The translations under genes and the position numbers were made by a program. A model generated the notes under the pieces. It worked only from the letters and a program-made list of their open reading frames with translations. It searched no databases and was not told where the DNA came from. From assembly GCA_025459355.1 (NCBI GenBank), contig JALOQS010000019.1:8463-72462 (forward strand): a stretch of 64,000 bases of DNA. The letters run 5' to 3'. The stretch is from Pirellula sp. GTDB lineage: Bacteria > Planctomycetota > Planctomycetia > Pirellulales > Pirellulaceae. Of this stretch, positions 38,296 to 49,330 are shown in pieces (within the stretch, counting starts at the first letter, position 1; each line of letters starts with the position of its first letter).

Positions 38296-39630
38296 ATGCG
38301 ACTTTGGGTTAAGATTCTTGCCTCGGTGGGTGTACTCGGTTTGATTGGTGGCATCAGCTATCAGCCGTTGAGTAACTACCTCAAAATGCGAAACATCCCC
38401 AAATGGGAAACCGCTTCGGTCGTTAAAGGGGATGCGAAAAGGATTATCACATCAACGGGCAAAATCGAGCCGGTTTTGAAGGTGTCGATTGGCTCGTTTG
38501 TGTCTGGGCCAATTGTCAAAATCAACGTCGATTTTAACGACGAGGTCAAAGAGGGTGACCTCTTAGCCATTGTCGATCCGCTCCTCTATAAAGCTGCCGT
38601 GGATCGCGATCGGGCGTCATTGACGACTCGCGAAGCGGAAGTAGCGCGCGTTCAGGCTCAATTGCATCTCTCGGAAAACAATCTTTTGAGAGGCGAAAAG
38701 CTAAGGCAGAAAAACGAAAAGTATCTCTCGGATCGGGAGATGGACGGGTTAAAAGCAGAATACGATGTCCAAAAAGCCCTTTTGATGGTCGCCGAAGCAT
38801 CGGTGAAACAAGCCCAAGCGCAGCTCAACAATTCTGAGACCAATTTGGAGTATTGCAACATTCGCTCTCCGGTCGATGGAGTTGTTTTGGAAAGGAAAAT
38901 AGATCCAGGTCAAACGTTAGCATCCCAGTTTCAGACGCCGGTTCTATTTCTACTGGCCCCAGACCTTCGAAAGAAACTTAACGTCTTCGCCACGGTTGAT
39001 GAGTCGGATATCGGACTCATTCGCCAAGCATACGAGAAACAACTACCAGTCTCGTTTACGGTGGATGCTTACCCGGGCGAAACGTTCAAGGGAACCATCG
39101 ATCAGATTCGATTCAGCGCGACAGAGTTACAAAGGTATCCTGTTTTGGTCACAACGGAAAACCCAGACCTCAAGCTTTTGCCGAGCATGACGGCGCAGTT
39201 ATCCTTCGAAGTGGACTCGAAAACGGATGTGATCAAAGTCCCCAATGCGGCATTGCGGTTTTACCCTGATAACGTCCAGCTTGTGCGCGAACAGGATCGT
39301 AAACTCTTGGATGGATCGCAATGGAATCGCGACGGCGACAAAGATCCCAATGCGGATGATGCTGATGCTGGTGAGGCAGATGCGACCGCCGACGATGACC
39401 TTAACAGTAACCCGGAAAATTCCGAAAACAAAACGCCGTCAAACGGAAAAGCTAACTCGGAAACAGGTATTTCTGATCAGTCGAAAAAGAACAAAAGGCA
39501 CGTTTGGGTGTTTAAAGACAATCAGTTGCAAGCGATTGAAATTGAAATCGGATTCGCAGAAAGCCGTTATACGGTTGTCACATCCGGTGATTTGCAACCT
39601 GGCATGGAGTTGATCGTTGGAAAGAAATAG
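38296..39630 (+). CDS. MacA-like periplasmic adaptor (HlyD family)
   Basis: GSFVSG..VDFNDEVKEG, IRSPVDGVV..GQTLASQFQTP and VDESDIG; start is ATG 38296. Confidence 0.92.
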   Translation: MRLWVKILASVGVLGLIGGISYQPLSNYLKMRNIPKWETASVVKGDAKRIITSTGKIEPVLKVSIGSFVSGPIVKINVDFNDEVKEGDLLAIVDPLLYKAAVDRDRASLTTREAEVARVQAQLHLSENNLLRGEKLRQKNEKYLSDREMDGLKAEYDVQKALLMVAEASVKQAQAQLNNSETNLEYCNIRSPVDGVVLERKIDPGQTLASQFQTPVLFLLAPDLRKKLNVFATVDESDIGLIRQAYEKQLPVSFTVDAYPGETFKGTIDQIRFSATELQRYPVLVTTENPDLKLLPSMTAQLSFEVDSKTDVIKVPNAALRFYPDNVQLVREQDRKLLDGSQWNRDGDKDPNADDADAGEADATADDDLNSNPENSENKTPSNGKANSETGISDQSKKNKRHVWVFKDNQLQAIEIEIGFAESRYTVVTSGDLQPGMELIVGKK

Positions 39631-39688
39631 GCTGGGCTCCGTTTCGTGTTGAAACGCTTGGCCTGGTTGCTTGAATGGAAGTGTTGAC

Positions 39689-40930
39689 ATGTCGATCTGG
39701 GATACGTTTCGCGTTTCGTTCCGCGCGTTGCTCAAAAATAAAATGCGAGCCGGCTTGACCGTGCTCGGGGTCGTTATCGGTATCGCCGCTGTCACCACCA
39801 TGGTTTCGATCGGTCAGAGCGCATCGGCGCTGGTGCAAAATCAATTCATGGCGCTTGGTACCAATGTGATTGTTGTTTTTCCGGAAGCACCACGCAAATC
39901 AGGTGTTCGCCAAGCTCTTACGGTGACATTAACATCGGCTGATAGCCGAGAGATTTCGACTCAATGTGACGCCGTGTTGGCGGCGAGCCCGATTGTCGGT
40001 GCGTCGGGACAACTCATCTACGGCAATACCAACTGGAGCCCTAATGAGCTCTCCGGCGTGGGAAAAGATTATTTGACCGTAAGGAATTGGCCAATCTACG
40101 CCGGACAGTTTTTTACGGAAGATGACATCAAGTCTGGTGCAAAGGTCTGTGTCATCGGGCACACCGTTGTTACAAAGCTGTTCCAAACAGCTAACCCGAT
40201 CGGCGAAATCATCCGAGTGCGCAACATACCGTTTCGAATCGTGGGTGTCCTCGAAAAGAAAGGTGTGGATATGGTGGGCAACGACAAAGATAACATTGTC
40301 TTGATGCCTTACACGACAGTCCGTAAACGATTGCAAGGCTCCAATTTCGACAATGTTAATGCGATTCTTGTTTCAGCCGTAACGCCGGCAAAAATGCAAC
40401 AAGCCACGAAACAGGTCGAAGATCTGCTTTACGAACGCCACGCCATCATGCCAGGACAACCCGCCGATTTTCGAGTTCAAGATACGACAGAAATTGCAGC
40501 TACGCTTGGGATCATAACCGGTGTGTTAACACTCATGCTTTCTGCCATTGCAGGGATATCGTTGCTGGTCGGTGGCGTTGGCATCATGAACATTATGCTT
40601 GTTTCGGTTACGGAAAGAACGAAAGAGATCGGTATTCGCATGGCGGTCGGTGCGAGTGGCGGTGATATTCTTAGGCAGTTTTTGGTGGAAGCCGTGGTGC
40701 TGAGTTTGATCGGTGGAGTGATCGGAGTCACTCTCGGCACTCTAGCGTCCGTGGGCGCGACGTTGTTAATCAATCAACTCAATCCCGGACAGGATTGGCC
40801 GATCATCATTTCGATTCCCGCTGCGTTGGTCGCCCTAGCTTTCGCTGCGTGCGTTGGCATTTTCTTTGGCTTCTATCCAGCTCGACGGGCCAGTCGGATG
40901 GATCCAATCGATGCACTGAGGTACGAATAA
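39689..40930 (+). CDS. MacB-like ABC transporter permease
   Basis: LTVLGVVIGIAAV, ISLLVGGVGIMNIMLVSVTERTKEIGIRMAVGA and PARRASRMDPIDALRYE. Confidence 0.95.
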   Translation: MSIWDTFRVSFRALLKNKMRAGLTVLGVVIGIAAVTTMVSIGQSASALVQNQFMALGTNVIVVFPEAPRKSGVRQALTVTLTSADSREISTQCDAVLAASPIVGASGQLIYGNTNWSPNELSGVGKDYLTVRNWPIYAGQFFTEDDIKSGAKVCVIGHTVVTKLFQTANPIGEIIRVRNIPFRIVGVLEKKGVDMVGNDKDNIVLMPYTTVRKRLQGSNFDNVNAILVSAVTPAKMQQATKQVEDLLYERHAIMPGQPADFRVQDTTEIAATLGIITGVLTLMLSAIAGISLLVGGVGIMNIMLVSVTERTKEIGIRMAVGASGGDILRQFLVEAVVLSLIGGVIGVTLGTLASVGATLLINQLNPGQDWPIIISIPAALVALAFAACVGIFFGFYPARRASRMDPIDALRYE

Positions 40931-40931
40931 G

Positions 40932-41657
40932 ATGGCGTTGATCGAGCTAAAAAATGTACGCAGAAGCTATGATCTCGGCGAGCATACGGTCCATGCCTTG
41001 CAAAGTGTTACGCTCAACATTGAACGGGGTGAGTATGTTGCTTTGATCGGTCCCAGCGGTTCCGGCAAATCGACCTTGATGAACACTCTCGGTTGCTTGG
41101 ATCGACCTACTTCCGGTAGCTATCTGCTCGATGGTGAAGAGATCGTCACCATGACTCGCGACGAACGGGCACGCATTCGCAACCGACAACTCGGCTTCGT
41201 TTTTCAAAACTTTAACTTGCTCAATCGCACCACAGCCGTCGAGAACGTTGAGCTACCGCTGATGTATCGCCATGGAATGACCAGTCGTGAACGGAGAAAA
41301 ATCGCGATCGAGGTGCTGGAGAAAGTGGGCCTCGGGGAACGCTTGTATCATCACTCCAGTCAACTTTCCGGTGGTCAGCAGCAGCGTGTCGCGATTGCTC
41401 GTGCGCTCGCATCGAGCCCATCCATCCTCATGGGTGATGAACCTACCGGGAACTTAGATTCTAGAACCAGTCGTGAAGTGATCGCGATGTTTCGAGAGCT
41501 CAACGAAAAGCAAGGCCTCACGGTTATCTTGGTGACCCACGATCCGGCGGTAGCCAAAAACGCTAGGCGGATGATCGTGTTGCGAGACGGAAGTGTTGTT
41601 CAAGATACGAGCGATTTTGAAAAAGCCATGTCAGCGTTGCATCAAGAAGTGTACTAA
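40932..41657 (+). CDS. ABC transporter ATP-binding protein (MacB/LolD type)
   Basis: GPSGSGKST, LSGGQQQRV, DEPTGNLD and VTHD. Confidence 0.96.
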   Translation: MALIELKNVRRSYDLGEHTVHALQSVTLNIERGEYVALIGPSGSGKSTLMNTLGCLDRPTSGSYLLDGEEIVTMTRDERARIRNRQLGFVFQNFNLLNRTTAVENVELPLMYRHGMTSRERRKIAIEVLEKVGLGERLYHHSSQLSGGQQQRVAIARALASSPSILMGDEPTGNLDSRTSREVIAMFRELNEKQGLTVILVTHDPAVAKNARRMIVLRDGSVVQDTSDFEKAMSALHQEVY

Positions 41658-41835
41658 AAAGGATGGCTTCGTTTGGTTTGCTAGCAGTGCGGAAGTAAGG
41701 TCGCTTTTGCAGGCAAATCAAGTTGACTGGTAAATACCTCAAATCCGTTACCAGCAGAACAGGGCGGATGATAATCATAGGTGAATCGTACAGTAGAATC
41801 GGCTAATTGATCGCAGTCGCTCGATATAGCACGAC

Positions 41836-43785
41836 ATGTGCAACCGTCGTAAATCCTATCTGTTAGCTATCACTTCGACTTTGTTCGCATCTCAAGCTGC
41901 GTGGGGGCAATCGCATCATGAGTTCATCATGCCTGAGCAAAGGCGAATTCGCGTTAGGGCACCCGAGCAGATCGCCGTGCCTCCTATTCCTCGCACACCA
42001 GCTCCTGCCACCGTTGCGAATCCACAGTGGGATGCGACTCCGAATGATCTTTCCCTCTCGGAGGTGCTCAATCTCAGCTTGCAGAACTTGAATGTAGTTC
42101 GAGTTTTGAATGGGATAAATGCGACCTCAACCGGAAGAACGATTTACGACCCGGCGATCACCAATACGAATATCGATAACGCTCGCGGGATATTCGATCC
42201 CAATTTGGTGGTCAACAATTCATGGCAAGACAATAATCGACCCTTTGGCATACCCGACCCGGGAGACCCGACACAATCGTTGATTGTGGGCAATCGAAAC
42301 AGACTTCATAACATGAATGCTAGTTTGTCAAAAAGAGTGTTGACAGGCGGGGTCATTGATTTCGGAGTCGTCGGTGCCAATAGCCGTTTACCCAATGCAC
42401 TCAGTCCGCTGAATCCGCAGTCTCAAGCCAACGCGGCCGTGCAACTCACTCAACCATTGCTACAAGGTGCTGGGTTTGATGTGAACCGAGCCCCCATTGT
42501 TATCTCGATGATTGACACCGAGCGATCTTACTTTCAATTCAAAGACTCGATCCAAACGCATGTGCAAAGCATCGTTCAAGGGTACTGGCAATTAGTGTTT
42601 GCCCGGACCGAACTTTGGGCTCGCGAGCAACAAGTTAGACAGCTCGAGTTTGCCCTCAAGCGGGCTGAGGATCGCGTGGCTGTTGGTGACGCGCGATTGG
42701 GGGAGCTTTCGCAAGCGAGAGTGGCCTACGAGAACTTTCGAGCGAGTCTTCTGGTTGCGCAAGGTAACTTGTTGCAGCGAGAATCGGCTCTTAGAAACGT
42801 GCTCGGACTGAGTCCATTTGATAACGATCGATTGATCCCTACTTCTCCTCTCGTCGATCAAAAGCTACCGTTGGACTGGGAGCAATTGCTTAGCTTGGCA
42901 GAAACCTATCGTCCCGACCTTATTGAGTTGAAGCTCGTATTAGAAGCAGATCAGCAGCGTTTGATCGTGCGAAACAACGACGCATTGCCGAGGTTAGATG
43001 GAGTGGCTCTCTATCGATGGAACGGTCTCGAAGGAACGACGCCCGCCAATACGCGAATCGAGGCCGATGGATTCGATGATTGGACATTAGGGGTCAATTT
43101 TTCGGTTCCTCTCGGGCTGAGAAGCTCGCGGGCTGCATTACGTCAACAAGAGTTGGTCATCCAACGCGATCAAGTCAACTTGCAACAGGGCTTGCATCAA
43201 GCCTCTCACAACATCGCCATCAGCATTCGAAACTTAGAGTTGTTTTACGCACAGTACGAACGTTTCCAAGCTGTTCGCAAGGCGGCTATGGAAAACCTGG
43301 AGCAGCAGATCGAGATCGGCAATGAGCTTGAGCAGTTTATCGTACTCTTGCAAGCGATCGTGGATTGGGGGAACGCAGTCTCTAGCGAAGCCCAAGCCTT
43401 GGTGGCTTATAACTCCGAGCTCGCCAATCTGGAACGAGAAACAGGCACGATTCTTGAATCACACGGCATCTCATTTGTTGAAGAGCGATTCGGTTCCATC
43501 GGTCCACTCGGTCGTTTGGCAGTCCCCGTTTTGTATCCAGAAGCGACACCCCCGACTGGCGATGTAAATCGATACGAGGATGGTAGCGAATCCTCAGAGC
43601 AGCGTTTCGATCTCGTCGACCCATTGGAACGACTTAGAGGCGATGGAACAGCTGAGCCCATGGATCTTTCGAAATCTGTCGACACTCCGCAGCCCGGCAG
43701 CCAACCGAAAGTCATTGAAGCGAAGAAGATAAGCTTCGGTTCGTGGCAATCTCCATTTCGAAACCCTTTCAAGAGTCGAAACTAA
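41836..43785 (+). CDS. TolC family outer membrane protein
   Basis: Signal peptide, LTQPLLQGAG, YWQL, LP.LD and FSVPLG.R helical-hairpin pattern. Confidence 0.85.
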   Translation: MCNRRKSYLLAITSTLFASQAAWGQSHHEFIMPEQRRIRVRAPEQIAVPPIPRTPAPATVANPQWDATPNDLSLSEVLNLSLQNLNVVRVLNGINATSTGRTIYDPAITNTNIDNARGIFDPNLVVNNSWQDNNRPFGIPDPGDPTQSLIVGNRNRLHNMNASLSKRVLTGGVIDFGVVGANSRLPNALSPLNPQSQANAAVQLTQPLLQGAGFDVNRAPIVISMIDTERSYFQFKDSIQTHVQSIVQGYWQLVFARTELWAREQQVRQLEFALKRAEDRVAVGDARLGELSQARVAYENFRASLLVAQGNLLQRESALRNVLGLSPFDNDRLIPTSPLVDQKLPLDWEQLLSLAETYRPDLIELKLVLEADQQRLIVRNNDALPRLDGVALYRWNGLEGTTPANTRIEADGFDDWTLGVNFSVPLGLRSSRAALRQQELVIQRDQVNLQQGLHQASHNIAISIRNLELFYAQYERFQAVRKAAMENLEQQIEIGNELEQFIVLLQAIVDWGNAVSSEAQALVAYNSELANLERETGTILESHGISFVEERFGSIGPLGRLAVPVLYPEATPPTGDVNRYEDGSESSEQRFDLVDPLERLRGDGTAEPMDLSKSVDTPQPGSQPKVIEAKKISFGSWQSPFRNPFKSRN

Positions 43786-44058
43786 GCAAACGCGACAATT
43801 CGCCACAAAACACCATTCAACGTGCAGCATCACCGGCAAATCGTTCTGCGATCCGCAGGCAGCCGGGCCGATTGTTTAATGTTCTTTTGTTTTTTCTTAG
43901 AGCCAATCTAACGGTTACTCTTTTTTCCTTGGCGCATTAGGCTATCTTTATAATTTGCCCTACTACTCATTTCGATCGCGTTTCGATCATCGGCGTGAGT
44001 GTGTGGAGGCAACAATCCCTCCTTAAGAAGCTCACTTACACGTTTTTCATTGGACAAC

Positions 44059-46533
44059 ATGGGTGCAATAGCTGTCGTCTTTCTCGCTTTTGGTTCTTCC
44101 GTTGTAGCCTTGGTCTGGGCGTTTCGCTTTTATCAGCAGATGATGAAGGCAGACCCTGGGACCCCTTTGATGCAAGAGATTGCGGAGGCGGTTCGGGCGG
44201 GTGCCAACGCCTACCTCAAGCAACAGAACCGAATCGTCTTGGTGGTTTTCTTGTTCGTTGCAGTACTTCTTGGGATCGCTTCTTTTGGGTTTAAGCTTCA
44301 GAGTGGATTTGTTCCCTTTGCGTTTCTGAGCGGAGGATTCTTCTCGGCCCTATGTGGTTGGTTTGGAATGAAGACAGCAACATCGGCGAGCAACCGCACT
44401 GCAGCAGGTGCACAGCGATCGCTTAACGAAGGTCTTCAGGTCGCGTTTCGGTCGGGAGCGGTCATGGGGCTGACGGTGGTTGGTATTGGATTGATGTATG
44501 TTACCGCGTGGTTTGTGATTCTTTATTGGATCGTGCCACTGGTCTCGACCCCTCTGACCTTGGAACAATTGTCAGTGACGATGTTATCGTTTGGCATGGG
44601 AGCTAGTGCGCAAGCTCTATTCGCGAGGGTTGGTGGAGGGATTTTTACCAAAGCAGCAGACGTCGGCGCCGACTTGGTTGGTAAAGTAGAGCAGAGCCTC
44701 AAAGAAGATTCACCTCGCAATCCAGCGACGATCGCAGACAACGTGGGAGATAACGTCGGTGATGTCGCTGGCATGGGGGCCGATTTGTATGAATCTTATA
44801 TTGGGTCCATTCTTGCAGCCTCAGCGCTCGGTGTTGCGGCCTTTGCATCGAGCAGCATCTTGCCGAGTGGTGAGGATACCCAGGGAGCGCAGCTGGCAGC
44901 ATTCATGTTGCCTCTTGCGATATCAGCCGTCGGGATCTTGCTCTCCATCTTAGGGATTTACGCGATTCGAACCGGTGAAGACACATCGCAAAAGTCGTTG
45001 CTAGCGGCTCTGTCGCGCGGAATCAATCTTTCGTCTTTGCTCGTGATTGTGGTTTCTTTCGGACTTGCTTATTGGCTTATGCCTCGCGTTCCAGGAACAC
45101 TGATCTTGGGGGTACCGGGCATTGCGTTTAGCATCATATCGGGTTTGGGCGCGGGATGGCTTATTGGCAAATGGACCGAGTACTGCACGAGCACAGAGTT
45201 CAAGCCGACAAAACGCTTAGCGGATCAGGCCGTAACCGGTCCAGCAACCATTATCATTGGCGGAATTGCAGATGGAATGGCGAGTGTTTGGTGTCCCATT
45301 GTCGTTATATGCTTGGCGAGCATGACGGCTTTCGGATTCGCTACGGGGGGACGATTCCATGACATTCAATACTTTACGCTAGGACTGTACGGGATCGGAA
45401 TTGCTGCGGTTGGGATGTTGAGCACGCTCGGTATTACGCTAGCCACCGACGCTTACGGCCCTATCGCAGACAATGCGGGTGGCAATGCGGAAATGTCTGA
45501 GTTACCTGAGTTCGTGCGGACTCGGACCGACGCTTTGGATGCTTTGGGAAACACAACAGCTGCGACCGGTAAAGGATTTGCAATCGGATCAGCAGCTCTT
45601 ACTGCGTTAGCGTTGCTGGCAGCTTATGTCGAAGGGGTTCGCGATGGATTCTTTCGGTGGGGAGATGCCGTTGCCGCACAAGTTTCCGAAGATGGTCTTT
45701 ATAAAGTCTCTAACAATCTAATCGTCCAGCGTCAGGGCACGGCGAATGTCCCTTATCTAGTTCTACCAAGCCAAATCGAGAAAGCAAAAGTGCAAACGAA
45801 TTGGCAAGCTATCGATGTTGCCTCTTCGCCTGTTCCTTTATCGCCCGAGATGGTCAGCGTATCGGACGGCGGGCCCATCTTCGCCGCGACAGGGGATGCT
45901 TTAATCTCAGTCAAATCAGCATCGCTTAGAGACTTCATGAACTATTACGATGCGACTCTGCTGAACCCTAGGGTTTTGATGGGAATGTTTTTAGGATCGA
46001 TGGCGGCGTTTCTATTCTGCGCCATGACCATGCAAGCGGTTGGTCGAGCGGCACAAGGCATGGTTATCGAAGTCAGACGTCAACTCAAGGAACGCCCTGG
46101 AATTCTCGATGGTTCCGAAAAACCAGATTACGCCCGCCCCATTGAACTGAGTACCAAAGCCGCTCAACGTGAAATGCTCTGGCCCAGCGTGATTGGGCTG
46201 GCGTTACCCATCGGTGTAGGACTGCTCTTCGGTGTTGGCGGCGTATTGGGGTTGCTCGGTGGCTCGCTCACGACCGGTTTCTGTTTGGCGGTGTTCATGG
46301 CTAACTCGGGTGGAGCCTGGGACAATGCCAAGAAATACATCGAATCGGGTGTTCATGGTGGCAAGGGGTCTCCTGCTCACAAAGCCGCTGTCGTCGGTGA
46401 TACCGTTGGTGATCCGTTCAAAGATACCAGTGGCCCCAGCTTGAATATCTTGATCAAACTGATGAGCATGGTGAGTGTCGTTGTCGCAGGACTTATTGTT
46501 CGCTACAGCTTGGTAGCCATGGGATGGTTTTAA
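44059..46533 (+). CDS. hppA: Membrane-integral ion-pumping pyrophosphatase, K+-dependent type
   Basis: [45 protein letters not shown] (Ala = K+-dependent signature), GGAWDNAKK and [10 protein letters not shown]. Confidence 0.96.
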   Translation: MGAIAVVFLAFGSSVVALVWAFRFYQQMMKADPGTPLMQEIAEAVRAGANAYLKQQNRIVLVVFLFVAVLLGIASFGFKLQSGFVPFAFLSGGFFSALCGWFGMKTATSASNRTAAGAQRSLNEGLQVAFRSGAVMGLTVVGIGLMYVTAWFVILYWIVPLVSTPLTLEQLSVTMLSFGMGASAQALFARVGGGIFTKAADVGADLVGKVEQSLKEDSPRNPATIADNVGDNVGDVAGMGADLYESYIGSILAASALGVAAFASSSILPSGEDTQGAQLAAFMLPLAISAVGILLSILGIYAIRTGEDTSQKSLLAALSRGINLSSLLVIVVSFGLAYWLMPRVPGTLILGVPGIAFSIISGLGAGWLIGKWTEYCTSTEFKPTKRLADQAVTGPATIIIGGIADGMASVWCPIVVICLASMTAFGFATGGRFHDIQYFTLGLYGIGIAAVGMLSTLGITLATDAYGPIADNAGGNAEMSELPEFVRTRTDALDALGNTTAATGKGFAIGSAALTALALLAAYVEGVRDGFFRWGDAVAAQVSEDGLYKVSNNLIVQRQGTANVPYLVLPSQIEKAKVQTNWQAIDVASSPVPLSPEMVSVSDGGPIFAATGDALISVKSASLRDFMNYYDATLLNPRVLMGMFLGSMAAFLFCAMTMQAVGRAAQGMVIEVRRQLKERPGILDGSEKPDYARPIELSTKAAQREMLWPSVIGLALPIGVGLLFGVGGVLGLLGGSLTTGFCLAVFMANSGGAWDNAKKYIESGVHGGKGSPAHKAAVVGDTVGDPFKDTSGPSLNILIKLMSMVSVVVAGLIVRYSLVAMGWF

Positions 46534-46572
46534 TGGTTTCGCTCGAAGCCAAGTTCGTCGTTCACGGGGCGG

Positions 46573-48072
46573 CTATTGAACAAACAGCTGCTCCGATTCG
46601 GTAAGTGGCTCGTCGTTTCTTATCTGTTTATGCAAAACGTCGACGTCGGCATCGGACGCATCGATTCCCAGTGATTTGCGGTCGCGGATTCTTTGTTCGA
46701 GAACGCTGACATGGTTCCGAAAATCCAAAATGCGAAAAGGTATGTCGAGCGACTTGGCCAGATCGCGAAAGCGGGTCCGCTCCGCTTGCTTTAAGAATGT
46801 AGCGTCGACCAGCACCGAAAAGCCACAATGAAGCAATTCCCTGGCCAAACTCCAAAGTGACCGATAGGTGGCTTCGGTGGCGCTAATGCTATAGATCTCT
46901 TGTCGATCTTCGGCTTTGATATGCGATCCGAACTCGGAATGGGATAGGTGAAACAGTCGTTTACGCTCCACATCCGATCTTAGACGAATCATCCCTAATT
47001 CTCGAATAGCCCAGCGGCTGCCATGTGTCTTTCCACTGCCACTGAAACCGTGAGTGATCCAAAGTTGAGGCTTGTGAATAGCAGTGAATTCCAGGGCTAA
47101 ACTCAGATAATTAGAAGCGGCGTTAACTTCATCATTCCGGATGGGGCTGGTCTGAGGGATCTGCTCGGCACGCATTAAAGCCACCTTGGCACGCACCATC
47201 GCGCGATAAACCAGATACCATTTCAAGACCGACAAACCATGGTAATCGCCCGATTCCGCGAGATAAGCGTTCAGCATCAGCCATGCGAGACCGTTCTTTT
47301 TTCGTTCCATCAAATCCATAACCAGAAAAGCAAGATCGCTCATGGTATCGATACAAGAAAGTTCATCGTTGAACTCGATGCCGTCGAACAAGGTCCAATG
47401 ATCGCGAAAATAGACCACGTTGTTGCAGTGCATATCTCCATGGCATTCCCTGACCCAACCTAATTGCTCACGAATGAGAAATCGTTCACGCAAAACGGAC
47501 CATTGAGCATTGGTCCACTCTTCAACTTTAGAGAGAGTTGTCGCGTCGAGCGAGAGACTAGATCGTCTGATGGATTCGAAGTTCTCAGCAGCCCGGTCGT
47601 GAATCGATTGCAAACTGCCTGATCGTTGACTCGTTGCCGACGTTGCCCCACGATGAAATCGAGCAATATTCTTTCCCAGTTGTTCTATTTCTTGTTCCGA
47701 GACAACTCCCGACTCCAAGCGTCGACTCAGGAGTGATTCCGCAGAAAATCTTCTCATGCGAACTGCAAAATCAATCGGATTAGCATCGCCATCCACGCGA
47801 TACATTCCGTCTTCGCTGGTGATCGGAACGACATCGATATAGAGTTCCGGCGCAAACCGCTTGCCCAAATTCAGCTCTTTGACGCAAGCCGAATGACGCT
47901 TTTCGAGTGTGCTATAGTCCAGGAAATCATTGATGATCGGCTTTTTGATCTTGTAAGCAAAATGCCCCGCTAAAAAGACCCACGATATGTGTGTCTCGTT
48001 CAGCTCTACAGATTCTGAAACGGAATGGGGATAGCTCGATGGATTGAGAAGCGACTCTGGTTGCAAGCTCAT
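46573..48072 (-). CDS. Bifunctional aminoglycoside-phosphotransferase-like / AAA_33 kinase protein
   Basis: ETHISWVFL..AYKIKKP, RECHGDMH.NN, FDGIEFN, GFSGSGKT, RSDVERK, DATFL and DASDAD. Confidence 0.9.
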   Translation of the reverse strand: MSLQPESLLNPSSYPHSVSESVELNETHISWVFLAGHFAYKIKKPIINDFLDYSTLEKRHSACVKELNLGKRFAPELYIDVVPITSEDGMYRVDGDANPIDFAVRMRRFSAESLLSRRLESGVVSEQEIEQLGKNIARFHRGATSATSQRSGSLQSIHDRAAENFESIRRSSLSLDATTLSKVEEWTNAQWSVLRERFLIREQLGWVRECHGDMHCNNVVYFRDHWTLFDGIEFNDELSCIDTMSDLAFLVMDLMERKKNGLAWLMLNAYLAESGDYHGLSVLKWYLVYRAMVRAKVALMRAEQIPQTSPIRNDEVNAASNYLSLALEFTAIHKPQLWITHGFSGSGKTHGSRWAIRELGMIRLRSDVERKRLFHLSHSEFGSHIKAEDRQEIYSISATEATYRSLWSLARELLHCGFSVLVDATFLKQAERTRFRDLAKSLDIPFRILDFRNHVSVLEQRIRDRKSLGIDASDADVDVLHKQIRNDEPLTESEQLFVQ

Positions 48073-48095
48073 GAATCAACTCCTCGATGTAGGTG

Positions 48096-48218
48096 TTAGT
48101 TAGCAAGCAGTTTGCGGGTAATGAGAACGATTACGACCGCCAGAACTGCGGTTAAGATCCAGAACTGGCGTTCCGTCAACAAATACTTGCGACCCTTATC
48201 ACTTGGGTTTGCGGTCAT
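48096..48218 (-). CDS. 40-aa single-TM small protein
   Basis: AAGGAG RBS 6 nt before ATG 48218; MTANPSDKGRKYLLTERQFWILTAVLAVVIVLITRKLLAN. Confidence 0.55.
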   Translation of the reverse strand: MTANPSDKGRKYLLTERQFWILTAVLAVVIVLITRKLLAN

Positions 48219-48556
48219 ATTGTGCTCCTTGGTGAGGTTGCTCGTGGAGAACGAGTCGCAAACCCCATTCCGAAACAACTAGATCTGGAAAATTGTCTTG
48301 CAAAGCTATTGTTATCCGAGGTACCTTTCTTCAAACATCTGATAGGTTATCTCCGTATCAATTGGCAGACCGCATTGGTTTGGAGGATTTGTGAGTGTGC
48401 GAATGGGGCTGTGCCAAATCGCCGCAATCGTGCGACCATGGGGGCTGCTTTGACACATTGCACTCGCGCCACTCATCGAAACAAAGTTAAGATGAGTACA
48501 ATGGAAAACGGATGGGAATGGTCAATCACTTCTTTCGCGATCAGCTACAAGCTCGA

Positions 48557-49330
48557 ATGAACTCACATAACGATCACAAACGGCATGATACCCCTAAGCA
48601 GGTCGGAAGACCGAGTTACTTTCTTTCTGATTTGCATCTTTTCTCCAGCCGATCAACCGCAGCTGCATACGAGTCCGAGATGAACCGATGCATCCAGACT
48701 GCGCATACCGTCATACTTGGAGGCGACATTTTTGACTTCAAATGGAGTCGGTACGCGACCCTTAGGGCATCTGTTAATGAAGCAGTTCGTTGGCTTGAGG
48801 ATCTTGTTACCCAGTACAAAGATTGTTCCTTTTATTACCTTCTCGGCAATCATGACTCTCATCCAGATTTCGTGCTTGAGCTAGACCGTTTGGCCTTTCA
48901 GCATTCAAACTTGGAATGGCAGCCACATTTGCTGCGGTTGGGAGCGTGTGTTTTTTTGCACGGCGACGTGATCGATGGAGGGTTAGATCACCAATCCATC
49001 GATGCTCGTCGACGCAAGCATGAGGACAAGCCTTTACCGATGGCTTATCGACATTGGCTTTACGATGCAGCAGTACAAGCCAAACTGCATTGTTTGGTTG
49101 CTAATGTTGCTCGAAGACATGGATGGGTGCTCAAGAAGGTATACCGTTATCTTGCGGAACAAGGCTTGGAAGCAAAGACGGGAATCAAAGACGTTTACTT
49201 CGGCCACACGCACCGTCCGCTTCGATCCGTAGAGTATCGAGGCTTACGATTTCATAATGGTGGAGCGTCCATTCGCGGGGTATCGTTTCAAATCATCCCG
49301 ACACACCTTACCGATCCTGCTATACGATGA
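48557..49330 (+). CDS. Metallophosphoesterase (LpxH/YbbF-like calcineurin fold)
   Basis: SDLH, GDIFD, GNHD, HGD and FGHTH motifs; start uncertain (48512-48557). Confidence 0.85.
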   Translation: MNSHNDHKRHDTPKQVGRPSYFLSDLHLFSSRSTAAAYESEMNRCIQTAHTVILGGDIFDFKWSRYATLRASVNEAVRWLEDLVTQYKDCSFYYLLGNHDSHPDFVLELDRLAFQHSNLEWQPHLLRLGACVFLHGDVIDGGLDHQSIDARRRKHEDKPLPMAYRHWLYDAAVQAKLHCLVANVARRHGWVLKKVYRYLAEQGLEAKTGIKDVYFGHTHRPLRSVEYRGLRFHNGGASIRGVSFQIIPTHLTDPAIR

